A DNA stretch of 64,000 nt from Octopus vulgaris (taxonomy: Eukaryota): assembly GCA_951406725.2 (NCBI GenBank), contig OX597815.1, positions 45,632,001 to 45,696,000 of the forward strand, read 5' to 3'. Each line of letters starts with the position of its first letter. Position 1 is the stretch's first letter. The notes beneath the pieces are model-generated. The model was not told the origin of the DNA. It was given only the letters and a program-made list of their open reading frames with translations, and ran no database searches. This document shows positions 25,250 through 40,258 of this stretch, in pieces. The position numbers were made by a program, and so were the translations under genes.

Positions 25250-25830
25250 GTCAAACCATTCACTATTGACATCCATCACTTCTGTTACTAACTACCACTC
25301 CCTTTCTCCCATTCTATCACACTCTCCTGCTGCTAATTTTCTGTGATTACTACTTTCTCCACTCACTTTCTCAGACACATTAACTTTGAGATACAAGATA
25401 CCAGTGCCATGCTAAAATGCACCTTGTCCATTCCATAAAGTGATTGGTCAACATGCAGAGACAATGTAGGGCTGAAAGAAATTTTTAGTCTTGTCAAGGA
25501 CAAGACAATCTCTCAAGTGCTGGTGCTATAGTAAAATGCACTCAGTACAGTGTAAAGTGATTGGTGATGGTAAGGACATCCAGCCATAGAGAACATGCCA
25601 AAATTAAAAAGGTCAAGCAAGATGTGGTCCTCCAACTTATCTATGAAGGTAGTAACTTTGAATAACAACTGCCTCAAACTGTGATGACCTATCTAAACCA
25701 TGCCAACAGGAAAGGTGGATATAAAATGATAAGTAGACAAAAAAATGTATTTCTTTGTTTTCTTTCTTTCAAGTATTTTTCATTAAAACAAAGGACAATC
25801 ATATCTCCTATACTTGCAAAGATAAATAGT

Positions 25831-26170
25831 TACATTATTTACATTTGATGGATATTTGTCCTCATCTTGTTTGTTGTTAACACGTTTCAGCTGATATACC
25901 CTCCAACCTTCATCAGGTGTCTCGGGGAAATTTCGAACCTGGGTTCTCATTCCTAAGGTATTTTTCAATTCCAAGCAGTGACCTGAATAATAATAATATC
26001 GAAAAATACCTTAGGAATGAGTACCCAGGTTCGAAATTTCCCCAGGACACCTGATGAAGGTTGGAGGGTACATGAGCCGAAACGTTGTGTTAACAACAAA
26101 CAAGATGAGGACAAATATCCATCAAATGTAAATAATGTACATAATTCCTCATCTCTTAAATATAGAACTG
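25831..26170. mobile_element. Fold-back element with hammerhead motifs (family HH-A)
   Basis: Inverted arms around (AAT)n, near-identical to 1309-1609. Confidence 0.8.
26046..26091 (+). ncRNA. Minimal type-I hammerhead ribozyme motif
   Basis: gacac CTGATGA a ggtt..agcc GAAAC GTT gtgtt. Confidence 0.75.
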
Positions 26171-27904
26171 TATAAATAATTACTTTATGGTAGAAATGTG
26201 TATATTTTAGACACTCTAAAATGACAAGAGTATGTACAGTGAGTTAAAAGGAAAATGACCATTGAAACAAATACATGTCGAAGAATGACAATAAAACTCC
26301 AATCAAAACATGCTCAAATCTTCCAAAAGAACAAAATTGTTTTTGTGGTGCTGTGAACAACTTGGCCAAACAATTTATTTTAATTAATCACAAATATTAA
26401 TATTAATATAACAATAAAGATGATTTTCTATTTTGGAGAGTTGAAGGAAGAGTAAATAGAGAGTAGTTTGGTTTTAAACAATTAAACAAATAGATTTCTC
26501 ACATTACACTTTTTTATTCTCTGTATTCTAACTAGATGTTGTCATCTGTTTTCCATAACTAGCTTCCAATATTGGTTTCAAATTTTGGCACAAGGCGTGC
26601 AATTTTTGGACTCAATTATATCGACCCCAGTACTCAACAGATACTTATTTTATTGATCCCTAAAGGACGAAAAGCAAAGTTGACCCTGGAAGCATTTGAA
26701 CTAAGAATGTAAAGATGGACGAAATGCCACTAAGCATTTTGCCTGACATGCTAACAATTCTGCTAACTTGCCAGCTTAGTTCCAATATCGATAACCAGAA
26801 CTCTTTGCAACAAATGTAAAATATATATATATATATATATAATAATGCTAGCCAGAATACCTGGTGTTGCCCAGGTTGACAGTACAGGAAATTGAAGTTA
26901 ATGTCACAACATAATTTACTTAAGTTATAATAAGTTTCTGGACAAACAACAACAGAATATCAGACTTAGTAACCTACATTTCCCCTCCCTTTCAATTTTA
27001 GAAAATTTACTTGGATTTCTGATTTAATTAGCAGATTACAATTCCACAAAGAAAATATTTGCAAATGATTTTGAATCCCTTTTCTCCATTGTAAACCTGA
27101 ATTCTAAATACTCTAAAACTTTGTCCTAAAATACTCATCCATAATCCATACTAATCCTGCCTCTAAATCTTAACGATATTTTTTTTTTAGAATGATAACT
27201 TCCTGTGTTTTATGAGGGTAGTTCACACTTTCACTGGAAAAGAAAACAGTTCCTGCAGACATATTTTCATCACAATGCAATGTTGATTCACTATAATGTT
27301 AATCCAATGAGTTTTTACTCCAGACAATGCCTGGTATTTCAGTTAGTATATGCATGTATGAGGGGGAGTGCATGCAAGTGTGTGTACATCTCAGAGAAAG
27401 AGTGCCAACTGTGTATTAGATGTGGTGTTTTGATTTATAAATGGCACAGACCTACTACTTCTGCTTCAGGATTCAGAATGCGAAGAGCCAGAACTGAAAA
27501 GTATGGTTTGACACACTGTATTTACTGTATGTGTGTATATGCATACACATGTATGTGCATGCATACATCTTTATGAGGGAGAGAGGAGTGTGTCTACATG
27601 TAAGTATGAGTGTTTATGTGTACATATTTGTGTGTATGATTATTTGTTTATATATCTATATACATGAATGTCCTGTGTATATATATTCATATATGCACAC
27701 ATGAATATGTATAAGGATAACTGGTTGAATGTCTACTTTGAGCTACTGTTTCTTTACTCAATCTCTACAATTTATCAAATTTCAATGTTTCTCTATCTAC
27801 TTTAGATCATTCTCTACTCTCATTTAAAGCTTGCATTAAGAAGCATACATACATGCATGCATACACACATTCATCCATACTCACACACATTCACACACAA
27901 GCAG

Positions 27905-28560
27905 AAACATTAACTGGATGTGGTAGATACATCACATCTCTCCTAGAAGGCTTTGCTTTTGCTATCTGGCAACAGGAAATAGCTATTAAACACTTCATCA
28001 ATGAGGGAGACAAGGAAACCTTTAAGCTTCCATGTTATATAAAATGTTGATCGTGTGAGAAAGGTAGATATTACCCACATCATCAACAGCTGTCCAAAGA
28101 TGCCTGCAAAGTACTACCTTCTCATGAGACATAACATTGTTACTAAAACCACTTACAGTGCTATACACAAAAGGGAATGTTCTGATAGCCATACCAAAGG
28201 TACATCAGACTGAAACATATCCATACCTTTAAAAATTAGGAATTGGTTGAACATTCCAATAAAACAGCAACCAGGTGCACACACAATAGGCCTGATGTTA
28301 TTCTGAGACAATAAAAAAAATCATGTACTACTGTAGAGTTCAGCTAGTCAGTGATAATGAATGTTCCATCTAAATTGGAGTAAAGATGAATAACTTTAAG
28401 GAATTAATGAGGACCAGAGATCTCATATCCAAGCTAGAGATGTTTGTTTGTACCCAGGGTGTATAAAAGGCAAGTTAAGCTGGTATATTGATCTGGAAAT
28501 CTGAGACCCAAGGAATTGCCAGTGAATATTTAAGGCCCTATCTGTCTGCCTGTCTTCCAG
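27905..28560 (+). pseudogene. R4/Dong-like non-LTR retrotransposon 3' remnant (CCHC knuckle and restriction-like endonuclease)
   Basis: Fragmented peptides EGFAFAIWQQEI, DITHIINSCPKMPAKYYLLMRHNIV and TRCTHNRPDVI. Confidence 0.75.
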
Positions 28561-30191
28561 CTTAATAGTTTTGTGTTGTTAATACACTAAACATGCTTCG
28601 AGAAACCAATTTTAATGGTGAAAGTTCAAAGTAAATATTCACCATCAATTTACACACACAGATACACACATTTGCCTTTGTAAAACCTACCGTTTTGTTA
28701 CCTTCCCTATCAACTGCTTATCTATTATTTATAATAAGTTTAACTTTTATTTATTTATCAAAGAAAAAAAAAGCATAAAACTTTATCAAAAAAAAAAAAA
28801 GAATTACAAACAGCGCCCAGGTTATTGCAAATCTAACAATGAAAAATTGAACAAAATTAGTTTAAATTCCTTCATTAAATTAAAAAATGCAATCACTCAA
28901 AAACAAAAGAGATTGGTCCATAACAAGTGATTATTTTGACATGAGTAAAAGACTGAAATTTCATTGATCATTTGATAGCTTATCTTCTGAAGTGTAAATT
29001 TTGATGGTATAAACAGATTCGATAAGAAGTTGTACTGTATGAAATATGGGCAAGATGAACTAAGAATAGGATCAAAAACAGTCTTATAGATAATACAATA
29101 AAACCCCACTTAAATGAAAATAAAAATCCCCTAACAATAAAATTTGTCCAAAATGCTATAATCCTAGTAATTATCTGAAGCTATTAACATTAAAAAGCAT
29201 TTAATTCTGTAGAGTATTAAAAATTATCAGTTAGCAGGAGGGATTTTCAGCAAGCATATTCAGAATACTTAAATGAAGAATGGTGTACATCCATTCAACT
29301 TAGCAGTAATATTCCCTCTCATTTTATAATCATTAAATATCAGAAGTAATATAATAAACCTAAAAATTCAGTTATTTGCACATATTTCTAATAAACTGCT
29401 TCACGTCTGCCTTCCATGCTGGCATGGGTGGGACAGATTTTATATCTAATACCAATGCTTTTATTTACAATATGACAGTAATTAATCTAGCTATAATGAC
29501 AAGAGTCATATGATACAGTGATAAACTAATTCACACTTGACAACCAAATAGTTAACTAAATTTTAGTGTCTTGTAAAACTAGAATTATAAAATAATATCA
29601 AAATATTAAATATTGTTGATAAATTTGATTCTAATTAGTATTGAGAGTTCAGATGTCAAAGGGGAATTTTTATGAAGAAACTCAAAAAACAAAATTAGTT
29701 AATAATATTACAATAACCAAAACGTATTTCAATTTTTTAACCAAGTGTATACCAAAGTTACCATGCAATAAATACCTTTCACAACAATCTAGTTAAAGAG
29801 CTAGAACATCAGACTAAATAAATAATATTACAACACAGAAATCCTCTGTGTTATGGAAATAACCTATTCCTGAAAATCTTGTCATAACAGAAAATATATT
29901 TTCCCATTGATTTTCATGTTATCAAGTGAGAATGTGGTTTGATGGATTTTTCCCCAAAACAATAAAATAACAAAAAAAACAGCAACACAACCACTTTTAT
30001 GTATGAACATAATTTCTAAATGTATACAGTACAATATGTATAGATAAATATGTTTCAAGAGAAATACATTAGGAAATAAAGAGAAATCATAATACCATAA
30101 TAGGTTATGTTCCTACTACAAAACTTGTCGATTACTGTGTGAAGGGGTGGAATGAGAATTACAGGGAAGATGAGGGACATCATCTTCTCTC

Positions 30192-30560
30192 TTACAGTTC
30201 ATTATCGTCAACATCTACTTGATGTTTATAGCATAACATCTCTTTGTACAGCTCAGTATAAGGACTGAGCTCATGGTAAACTCTTCTTGTAATTTTTATG
30301 CTTAAGGTTGTTATGAGCAAAACTTGTAAATCTTCCTTAAAAAGTGCCAACTCTTTAGCAATATTCTTTGCACTTAATTTAAGTGGAGTTGGTAAAATCT
30401 CCATAGTCTCAGGTTGCTCTTCCAACAGCATCAGCTCTTCATGAGATAAACTTCCTCTATGGGATATTAGCAACTCAACCACATCATTCTCTAGGACTTA
30501 TTCAAATCTTATGTTATTTGCAAGTATCACAATATCTTCTGAATTTGATGGAATTGCTTA
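30192..30560 (-). pseudogene. Tigger/pogo transposase C-terminal fragment
   Basis: VELLISHRGSLSHEELMLLEE..KLSAKNIAK resembles the Tigger C-terminal region. Confidence 0.6.
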
Positions 30561-33500
30561 TCTTGTTCATACTATTGTTACCGTTGTTGGTCATTAATGA
30601 GTTGGTGGGTTGATAATGGAGGTGGTTGTATTGGTCTTGGTGTTGATAATGGTGCAAGTTGATATAAATATATATATATATACACACAGAAAGGTAAAGA
30701 GATACAGAGATATTCATAACAACTCAAGAAAATATACACAAATATTTGCAGTGAAAAATTCCACTTCATACATAATGTTTAGCGTGATGCATACACAAAC
30801 ACTTGCATATATACATAACACACAGGTATGTATACATGTATTGTTATTATAGTTTCTCAAGTCGTTAGCTATACTTTGATCTTAGCTTAAATACTGAGAA
30901 ACAGCTTTTGGCTAAGAAGTAAGTGTGGTCTTTAAATTCTTAAAATTTATCTGAGTTTCCAAAGGGGGAAATTTCAGACTGCATCCCAAAATTAGTGGTC
31001 ATGTGCAAAATACCATAACCTGCTGTAGCTGGAACATAGGGCATGTCTGTACTTAGTTTCAAATGTTTCAGTTTAAAATTAAAATTCTGTTGGAGATGAA
31101 CTGGTCAACTTTGGCTTGTGCTTTGAAAACCAATAAAGCAAATACTGGTAACATATCAATATCAATTCAATTGACTAATTGGCACTTGGTCGGTTATGAC
31201 GATAAGTGTTCCAGCTGATCCGATCAACAGAACAGCTTACTTGTGAAATTAATGTGCAAGTGGCTGAGCACTCCACAGACACACATACCCTTAACATGAT
31301 TCTCAGGGAGATTCAGGACAACACAGAATGTGACAAGGCTGGCCCTTTGAAATACAAAGCACTACATATTTTTTTTTTCAGCTGAGTGTACTGGAGTAAC
31401 ATGAAATAAAGTGTCTTGCTTAGGGCAAACTTATGACCTAACAATCATGAGTCAAATACCCTAACCACTAAGCCATGTGCTCTCACAATTTAAGTGACTA
31501 CACATACTTTTAACAACAAAAACCCACCAATAATATAGTTGAATTTTGAAATGCACAAAGTTCACACTCAAATCACACAGAAAAAAAACCCCATTTGAAC
31601 AGTTTTATTATATCAATGAAAAAGATTTGGGCCAAAAGCATATTTGTTAAGAAATATGTTAATCAATTCATTGCTCAGTTTTTGCTGTTTCAGTATCATT
31701 TAAAAACTATATTTTTGTCATCAGTTGTTTTATTGTTACAACATGAAATATTACCCAATGAAATAATTTCGTAATTCAACTTCAAACCTATAAATATCTC
31801 AACTGAAGTTTATTTTCCATATTTTTTTTCAACAATGTGAATTATTTCATTATCTGTTAATAAAGAACACTGGTTTTAAGGGCCAATGCTTTAAATAGCA
31901 TGCAAAAAAAAGGTAGCTCATGAAAAAAATCATTTCCTTAAATTGGTCTATGTGGTCCAAATATTCTACCTATTTTGTGTTCAGACCAGCTAGATCTGGC
32001 TTCTCACATCTACCCTATGATGTCATTCTAAAAAGAAACCATCACAACATTGAAATCTTGAAGCTACAAGATAATTCATGACTAATTCAAAACAATGTGA
32101 ATAAGTATTACATTTGACAGAATAATCTGAGTGCTAAAAGGTTAAACCATGGCTTTGGTTGAACACAATACACACAAAATGTGTACTTAGCTAATGTACT
32201 TGTAAAATAATAGTTTCAGTTTTATTGAAATAATCTGAAATAATTCAAAACAATACCAACTCCAACTCTAATTAACAAAATATAAATCCAGTTAAAGTGG
32301 CTCATTATTAATTACCATTGCTACACTAACTGTTATTCATTATTTGTTGTTACTGAATGAAACACTAGTCAAGTGTTTCTTATAGAGTGGGACCTTGGAA
32401 ACTGAAGTTGCAAAGGAAGCAGGCAAATAGCTATGCTGAATAAAATTAAGATGGTTGATTTCCTAACTTGTCCAACACAGTAACAAAGAAAGAAGAATTA
32501 TATGACTGCAAACCCAATTTTGTCTTTCATTAATAAAGGTGAAGGGGATAAAAATATTTCCCTAATATTTGGTGGAGGGTGTTAGCATTTAATTATTTGA
32601 GAACCACTGCACTAGGCCATGTGGCACATAAATTCAGACGATTAATAACTATCCTTTATATAAGTTACTTCATAGAATATGCTTCCTTTAACACTACTTG
32701 TTATAGGATCAAATGGTTATAGTTTCTTTTGCAGCATTTGCCAAGTCTAGCATTTTTCACACATATACCAAGTATATTGTGTGCAGTTGCTTTAATATAT
32801 TAGTAGAAAGCCCTTAATAATCCAAACTTACAATCCAGTTCAATTCCCAAGTGGTGATATTAAGCTTCATATATATTTCATGCTTGTAAACATTCACTTT
32901 TTCTCCTCTCTAATAGTACACATGCACAAATGTGCTTGAGTGAACATTTGCAGAGCATTAATCATAAAGTCTTCAACTAACCAATAATAGAGGTTGAAAA
33001 AAAAAAAATATGTAGTAAATCTCTTTTTTTTTTTTACAATAAAAATAATAGTGTAGACTCTCCAAATCATTGATAATCTTCCTTTTGTGGTCTACAATTG
33101 TAACACAAACTATGCAATGTAATGGAGTCAACAGCATAATCTATTATACTAACATTTATATTATTTACAAATCAACTGACTGATAAATATTTCAAATTAA
33201 CTGTGATATATGTATGAATAAATATATTTTCTATTAGATTCCACAGCTCAATAAAGTAGCCCAGTACTTCAGTTTACTGGGACTGTGGATTCAAGTCCAG
33301 TCAAAAGTACTTTTCTCTGATATTAAAATAAGGATGGAGTTCAACAAAATTTGTAAAATAGTTACCAATACAGTCATAGTTATAGCATAAGAAAATGTTA
33401 TAGAAAGATTATGCCCTTGATTTTGATCTCTAGTTAAGACTGATTATATACTACATTTTCAATAATTTTTACAGCTTAGAAAGGCAAATAGAAGTGAACC

Positions 33501-34619
33501 ACTTTTTTCTCAGAAACAATTATATGTAGCTCTTTCTAGAGTGCATTCATTCTTTGATGTACGGATAAAAATAATGGATAAAAATTCTCATGATAGAAGA
33601 GGTGACAAATAAGTTTATAACAAAAAACAGTTTTCAAAAGATGCTTTCTCTTAAGACTGTGGACTTTACACCATCTCAAGAATTAAACATTTCAGATAAA
33701 CTACAATTCCCTAAGAAATTATGTATTTCATGGTTTTCTTTAAACTTCAAATAATCTTATAGTTTTCAAAATAACTGGAATTTCCATGGATGTTGTTAGT
33801 GTCAAATAAATATTTTGCAGATATGAATCTATAACAAGTCATTATTTGTCTCAGCACAGAAGCCCCCTAACAGGATCTTTTAAATTTGCAATTCTTTCCT
33901 GGTACTAAAAAGATTGCCAATCACTGACCGAGAGTCCCTAATTCCCAAATGCCTTTGCTGATTTTAATATAATTTCTTGTATAAATGCAGAGCAAGAACA
34001 TTATGCTTATTTCATTTTTCCTGGCATTACAAACTTTGCACTTTTATAAAAATTTCATTGCTGTGTGAAACACTGTTAATGTGGCTGTTCATTAAAAGGA
34101 AAGGAAGAAAAAAGATATTGGTAAAGATAAGAGAGAAAACTTCAGTCACTAGGCAAAAGAACTCAGCTATTAAGCTCTGTGGTCCTATCCCATTTCTATA
34201 CCTTGTTTAATCAGACAGCAACTCGTAAAACTATTACGTAATTTTCAGTCTCATCAATTTGTTTAGCAATTTGTATTTATACCATTTCAATTTATCACAA
34301 ATCTAAGCCCTAGTTTGGTTAGTTAAGAGAATGACAAGTATGTTGTCATTATAGCACACAAATATTTACTAAATTTTCTGGTACAGAAATCTGTGTTCTT
34401 ATGTCAATGTAAGAAGTAATTATAATAGGGCAGCGGTATGAGTGATTCAATCATCTAAAATATTACTGGCACATATTTTATTGATACCAAGGAGTAAAAG
34501 TTTAAGTAAACCTCAACAAAAGTTGAATTCAAAACAAAGAGAATTTACTGTAATACTGTAAAGTACATTGATGATTGAATGATTTTTTTGTATTTGCCAA
34601 TAATAATGGTTCCTTGGTT

Positions 34620-34960
34620 ACAAGAAGAAAAATTGATACCATATGAAGAGGGCTAAGACCAAGAAGTCCCCACAATCCTGGAAGTTTTTGATAAAGGAAT
34701 CAACTGATGCCCTTCATCTCATTGAAGTGAGGATGACAAAGTTACAGGAGCAAGATCCTAATGCAAAGAGACTCAGCAAACTTCAGATAGTTGCTGATGG
34801 CCACAGTTGCTTCAAGGCTATTTATAATGACAAAATGGAAAGTTTTATTGAAGGTTCCATCACTGTTTACTTCAAAAAAGTTGACTCCAGAAATAAACCT
34901 CTAGAACCAAGCGCTAATTCTCCAGAACAGGTTCACCAGTCTTTAACAGTAGTCATCTCT
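34620..34960 (+). pseudogene. Tigger/pogo transposase C-terminal fragment
   Basis: QDPNAKRLSK..CFKAIYNDK..SITVYFKK. Confidence 0.65.
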
Positions 34961-36319
34961 CCATCTTCTTCCACATCATCATCATTTAACATCTGTTTTC
35001 CATGTTGGAATGGGTTGAACATCATTCAATTAATATTATCTTAATCAAGCATGCCACTTCTGATATGCAAGAATTGTTAGGAATGAGAGTGAGTATTAAA
35101 CTTTAATCATTGTCTTCTTTTCTCTATCTAAACTGCTGAAGAAGTGGGGGTTTTTTTATGTTTTTATACTTCTTACACAATTATCATTTGGCAAACTCAG
35201 AGTATTGGACAAAATACTTAGTGGCATTTGTTATGGATCTTTATGTTCTGAGTTCAAGGTCAACTTTACCTTTCATTCTTCTGTGGTTGATAAAATAAAG
35301 TACCAGTCAAGTAATGATGTCAAGTTTTTTCATATAGATTGCTTGGCATTGCACCCCTCCCCCATGTCAATTTCCATCTGCATCACATCTCTTGCATTCT
35401 ACATTTGATTTCTCTAATACTCAGCTTATTTGTGTTCACTACACCCAGCAAAGCATGCTATCCAGCCATTGTACATTAATGCATCCAATGACCAAGTTTC
35501 ATTGCCACCTCACTGAGAGAAAAAATACTTTTTTGCCAGTTGAGGCAATATCTCCCAAAACATTTTCCATACCATTCTTACACTGGCTATGTTTTCAGAG
35601 CAAAGTAACAGAAGCTATCAATTACTTATTATGGAGCCTTCTGAGCATTTGAAAGAATTTATTTCACAAGTGCTCTTACAACAATGAACTCTTGTAATAA
35701 AGGAAATGCTTTACATATTGTCTGAAGAATTATGAGAGAATGTGGAAGTAAGTGCACCAGCCTCTTCGTATTCATTCTGAACAAAAATTTAAGATTTCAA
35801 CACCTAGAAGTTATGAACATAAAGGATCTTTAGCATGAAAACAAACAAGAAAGAAAAACAGCATCCAAAGAAACCTATGAATATCTGTACCAGAACACAT
35901 TGGTTTCTGATGAAGGACCTGGTTTTAAACTTTAGAAGTCAATGTTTATCCATGAAAATAACTAAGAATATTCTAGTTCATATTTGTCAAACTTGAGGGA
36001 AATCAGAGAAAACTATTTTTAAACATCATTAAAGTAATATCAATTAAAACCTTAAGCAGAACATCAATCAAAATAAGTATAAGAAATTATTAATTTTGAA
36101 AATTTAGATATAAAAGTATAATGTACACAAGAGATGAAGACAAAACAAGGCATTCTGTAATAAAACAAGAGGGAATCATTAAAGGTAGACAAAACAAGAC
36201 TTACTCACTTATTGAAATAGTATTACCAAATTCAAGACATTCTTCATAGAATATTATCCAATAGATATATAAAGTGTTCATTCACAAGACAATATATTTT
36301 AAATTGTAAATGCCAGTAA

Positions 36320-38211
36320 CCCAATATTGTATACGGTGTATTTAAAGCAACAAACCGAAAAAATGCCTAAGTTCATTTTCCTTTTTGAATCCTAAATGTA
36401 AACAAAGCTTTACAGCAAAAACTTACTCTCTTTACTTCAAAACAACCAGTAGACAAACTTTCTTTATGAACAAATTTTCTTTTTACTATTACACAAAACT
36501 GTTTAAAGTTGTGTTACTTATTAAACAAAATTGTTGGTCAATCTTGATAGAAAAGCATGTAAAATGTTGCTTTTATGCTTTGCTACTTCAAAGTAGCACT
36601 GTACGTTCTAGCATAATTACATGCTGAAAGTGAGTGAATGCACATGTTTTAAAATGATAATTTCAGGTTTTTGTGAGCAACTTTATAAAGCCTTACAAAT
36701 CATCTATCACCTTTCAGATGAACCGCAGCAGTTTCTATGGTGAAAAGCAACTGCTTCCTCTCATTGCACAAAAGCTACAAGACATTCCACTACCTGATGT
36801 ATTGGAGGAAAGCGAATTGTCATCTGACAATAATGATGAGCAAAATATTAAGAGTGAAACAGAGGGTTGAAAAATCGCACAAATATGCTATTCAATGTAA
36901 CCCCAATACACCACTCAATTTGACGAGCTGAGCTGGAACAAATTTTTGGAATTCTTTACATGATGAGTCTCATCAAGATGCCCCTGGAACAAATAGTCTA
37001 ACTGTCAGTGTCATGACTGTACATTGTTTCAAACAAATTGAAAAGTTTTTACACAGCAATTACAATCTGACTAGTGCTCAAGACAGTACAGAGAGATGGT
37101 GCAAAGTTAGACCAATTGTTGACTGATTGAATAAAAAATTTGCAGAAATTAACCCATGTGAATATGTGAAAGGTGAGCAAATGCTTCCTTTCAAAAGCAA
37201 ATCTGGAATCAAGCAATATAACCCCCAGAAACTAATGAAGTGGGGTTATAAGTTGTATGTGTTGTCAGGAATAGATGGACATATCCACAATCTTGGGGTT
37301 CACACTGGTACAATTGGAATATGTCCAAATCAGCAAGACTGAAAAACCTGGAAATATTGTGATAATTTTGCTGCAAAATATACCAAGAAACATGGCACTA
37401 ACTGTATTACAACAATTGGTATACAGGAGTTGACCTTGTAAATACCCTACATGAACAGGGTATAGCATGTGTTGGTACAGTGCATACCAATTGTAAACTA
37501 CCATCAGACGCAGCATTAAAGAAAAAAGGCAGGGTCTGTTGAAGTATGGATGATCAATTTTAGTGATGTGGAGTTACATGTGGTAAAATGGTTTGATAAC
37601 AGGTGTTACTCTCTGTTGCCAATATACGAAGCAGCCAATCCAACACTTGAAGTCTCCAGATTTGAAAGAAAAGTGTCAATTAACCATCCCATGTCCTTCA
37701 ATTGTTAACACAAACAACAACAAATTTATGGGCAGGGGTTGATTTACTGAATGGGCTATTGAACTGTTACACAATCTGCATGGATGGTATAGATCACTGG
37801 CTCCAATACATGGAAGGCAACAAGAGGGCAGATGCAAGAATCCAGTTTGTGAGATAACAAGGGTTATCTGTGGTAAATGTTAACTTTTGTTTTACTGCAA
37901 AATCAAACTGTTTCAAGCACTTTCACACTGTCACATGACAATTCACTTTCCTTCAATACATCAGACAATTTCCAGACAAGTACAGCTTTTTATTGTTGTT
38001 CTTGTGTTTTTGGATAGCCTTGATATGATAATAAATTACATTTCAAGTATCTATTTACTATCTTTGCTTTAAATTAACAAAGCCCAAAATGCCCAAATAT
38101 TCATACTTGCATAGACATTTGCAATGATTCACTTTTTTGGCTGTGGATTTTGATTATCCTTCAGTAAAAATGAATTTTTTGTATGTCCTTAATAATTCAT
38201 GCAATATAGGG
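36320..38211 (+). mobile_element. piggyBac transposon remnant
   Basis: Ends cccaatattgtat / atgcaatataggg-TTAA. Peptides EQMLPFKSKSGIKQYNPQKLMKWGYKLYVL, KWFDN and NKFMG, plus a Cys-rich C-terminal remnant; many stops. Confidence 0.9.
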
Positions 38212-39176
38212 TTAAAAGAGATGATTATAAAATCATCTCTTTTGATGAGACAAGCTATTTAAAAGAGAAGCATATAATCAATATAACTGACACAGTTCTC
38301 TTAATGGTACTATTTTAAAGACCTTGAAGATATCAAAAACAAAGCTGATGGTGGAAATTAAATTTACAAATGGAAGACATGAAACTACTATAAAACAATC
38401 ATCTCTACAGATTTGGCCATCTATTTCTTTGCTACTATGATTATTTTTTTATATAAATAACTAGGGAGTTACAAATATAGAGGGAGAGAATTAAGGCCAT
38501 GATATTGATATCTTTTACAATGGCATTAGTGGTATAACAGAAAGGAACTGGCATCAACCCAGAATCAACAGAGAGCCATAAACCATCTGCCTGATTTGCA
38601 GAGACTCACTAACTTACTCTAAACTCTGACCCACAAATGCACCATTTTCTCACTACCTATTCTACCACTACAATAATGGCTGTTACTACCTCAAACACAT
38701 TTTCATAGGATATCCTTTCTCTGCTGCCTCTTCTCACTAACCACTATATCCAGTCCTTCCTCTCAAGAATATCAACTTCTGGACTACCCTTCCTACCCAC
38801 ATTTTCTCTACAAATGTTGACTTACAGATGCTCAAACTGACCATCAACCATGTCATTGTCACTAGTCCCAGAAGACCTGTGAAGTTCATGAGTACTTGCT
38901 TCTGACCAAACAATATAAAATGAAATTTTTCTCTATAGTGCTTCCAGTTAATAATTTATTATACTGGTACAAGGTCACAAATTTGTAGGAGATAGAGTCA
39001 ATTAAATTGACCATCACCTGTCTAGTATCTATAAATCCTAAATGAATGAAAGAAGAAGAATAAACTGGTAGAAACTAAATACCAATAAATGTTTAATCAG
39101 GTACCATCATTCCTACCATAAACAATGAAGCTTTGAATCTAGTTAGGAGGAACAGAAATTTAAAAAAATATTTTAA

Positions 39177-39391
39177 CCCTTTAGTATTTAAACCAGCCAT
39201 ATCCAGGCCAAATATTCTGTTTTTCGTTCAAACTGGCCAGATCTGGCCTCTCACACTTACCCTACAATATCATTCTAAAAATAAAAATAATCACATCATC
39301 AAAATCTCAAAGCTATGTGATGTGGGATTAAGTTAAAACAATGTTAATAAACAAGCATTACATTTGACAAAGTAATCTGAATACTAAAGGG
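39177..39391 (+). mobile_element. TTAA-flanked MITE, family M1
   Basis: TIRs and TTAA. Further partial copies at about 31950-32145, 54268-54436 and 59855-60072 (inverted). Confidence 0.9.
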
Positions 39392-39997
39392 TTAAAAGCA
39401 AATAATAATATCTGCATAACTGAATCTACCTATATACAATCTCAATCATCTGAAATCCTAAAATTTCATTTAAAAAAATTTTTTTTTCAGTTTTCTGCAA
39501 TTTGAAAATATAGATATAGCACTTTCCATTTTCTTCCATGAGTTAGTCCAATTAATCATATTCTCTTGATCCTACCCTAGCTAGTGGCTTTTACCAATTT
39601 CAACTCCAAATACCTTCTCAACACGATTGTTGAGTGTCATAATTAGTTATTTTATGCCTGTCATAATTATGACTTTTTAATCACATATCTAAACTACATC
39701 AAGACTTTCTCATGATATGACATGAAGCCAATAGTTTTAATATCAAGCTGTATTTTTTAAACATCTGAAACACAGCTGAAATTGTTCTTTAAGAGAATGA
39801 AGAAGCACTACACTTTCATACTGACATAAAACTAACTTTTGTTTCAAATTATTCCATTGATAATACAATCACTTCTGTTCCAAAAAGCCCCCTACCCATG
39901 ACCAAATACAAATTTATCCACAAAGGGCAATACCATAATAAGCAAAATATCTATACTTTTCTCTTATACTTACAAGTTTCTTCTTCTACCAAATATT

Positions 39998-40258
39998 CAT
40001 GGCCCCCGTGCCGGTGGCACATAAAAAGCACCATCCGTTCGTGGTCGTTTGCCAGCTCTGTCTGGCACCTGTGCGAGTGGCACGTAAAAAGCACCCACTA
40101 CACTCACGGAGTGGTTGGCGTTAGGAAGGGCATCCAGCCGTAGAAACACTGCCAGATCTGACTGGGTCTGATGAAGCCTTCTGGCTTCACAGACCCCAGT
40201 TGAACCGTCCAACCCATGCTAGCATGGAAAACGGACGCTAAACGATGATGATGATGAT
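39998..40258 (+). mobile_element. SINE S3
   Basis: Near-identical to 6700-6962. Confidence 0.88.

Noticed and set aside
26845-26880. ctagccagaatacctggtgttgcccagg Helitron/Helentron-like terminus
   Set aside because: I could not identify the other end, so no element boundaries can be supported.
35897-35945. CTGATGA..aaact..agtc motif
   Set aside because: No intact GAAA and weak stems; could be chance.
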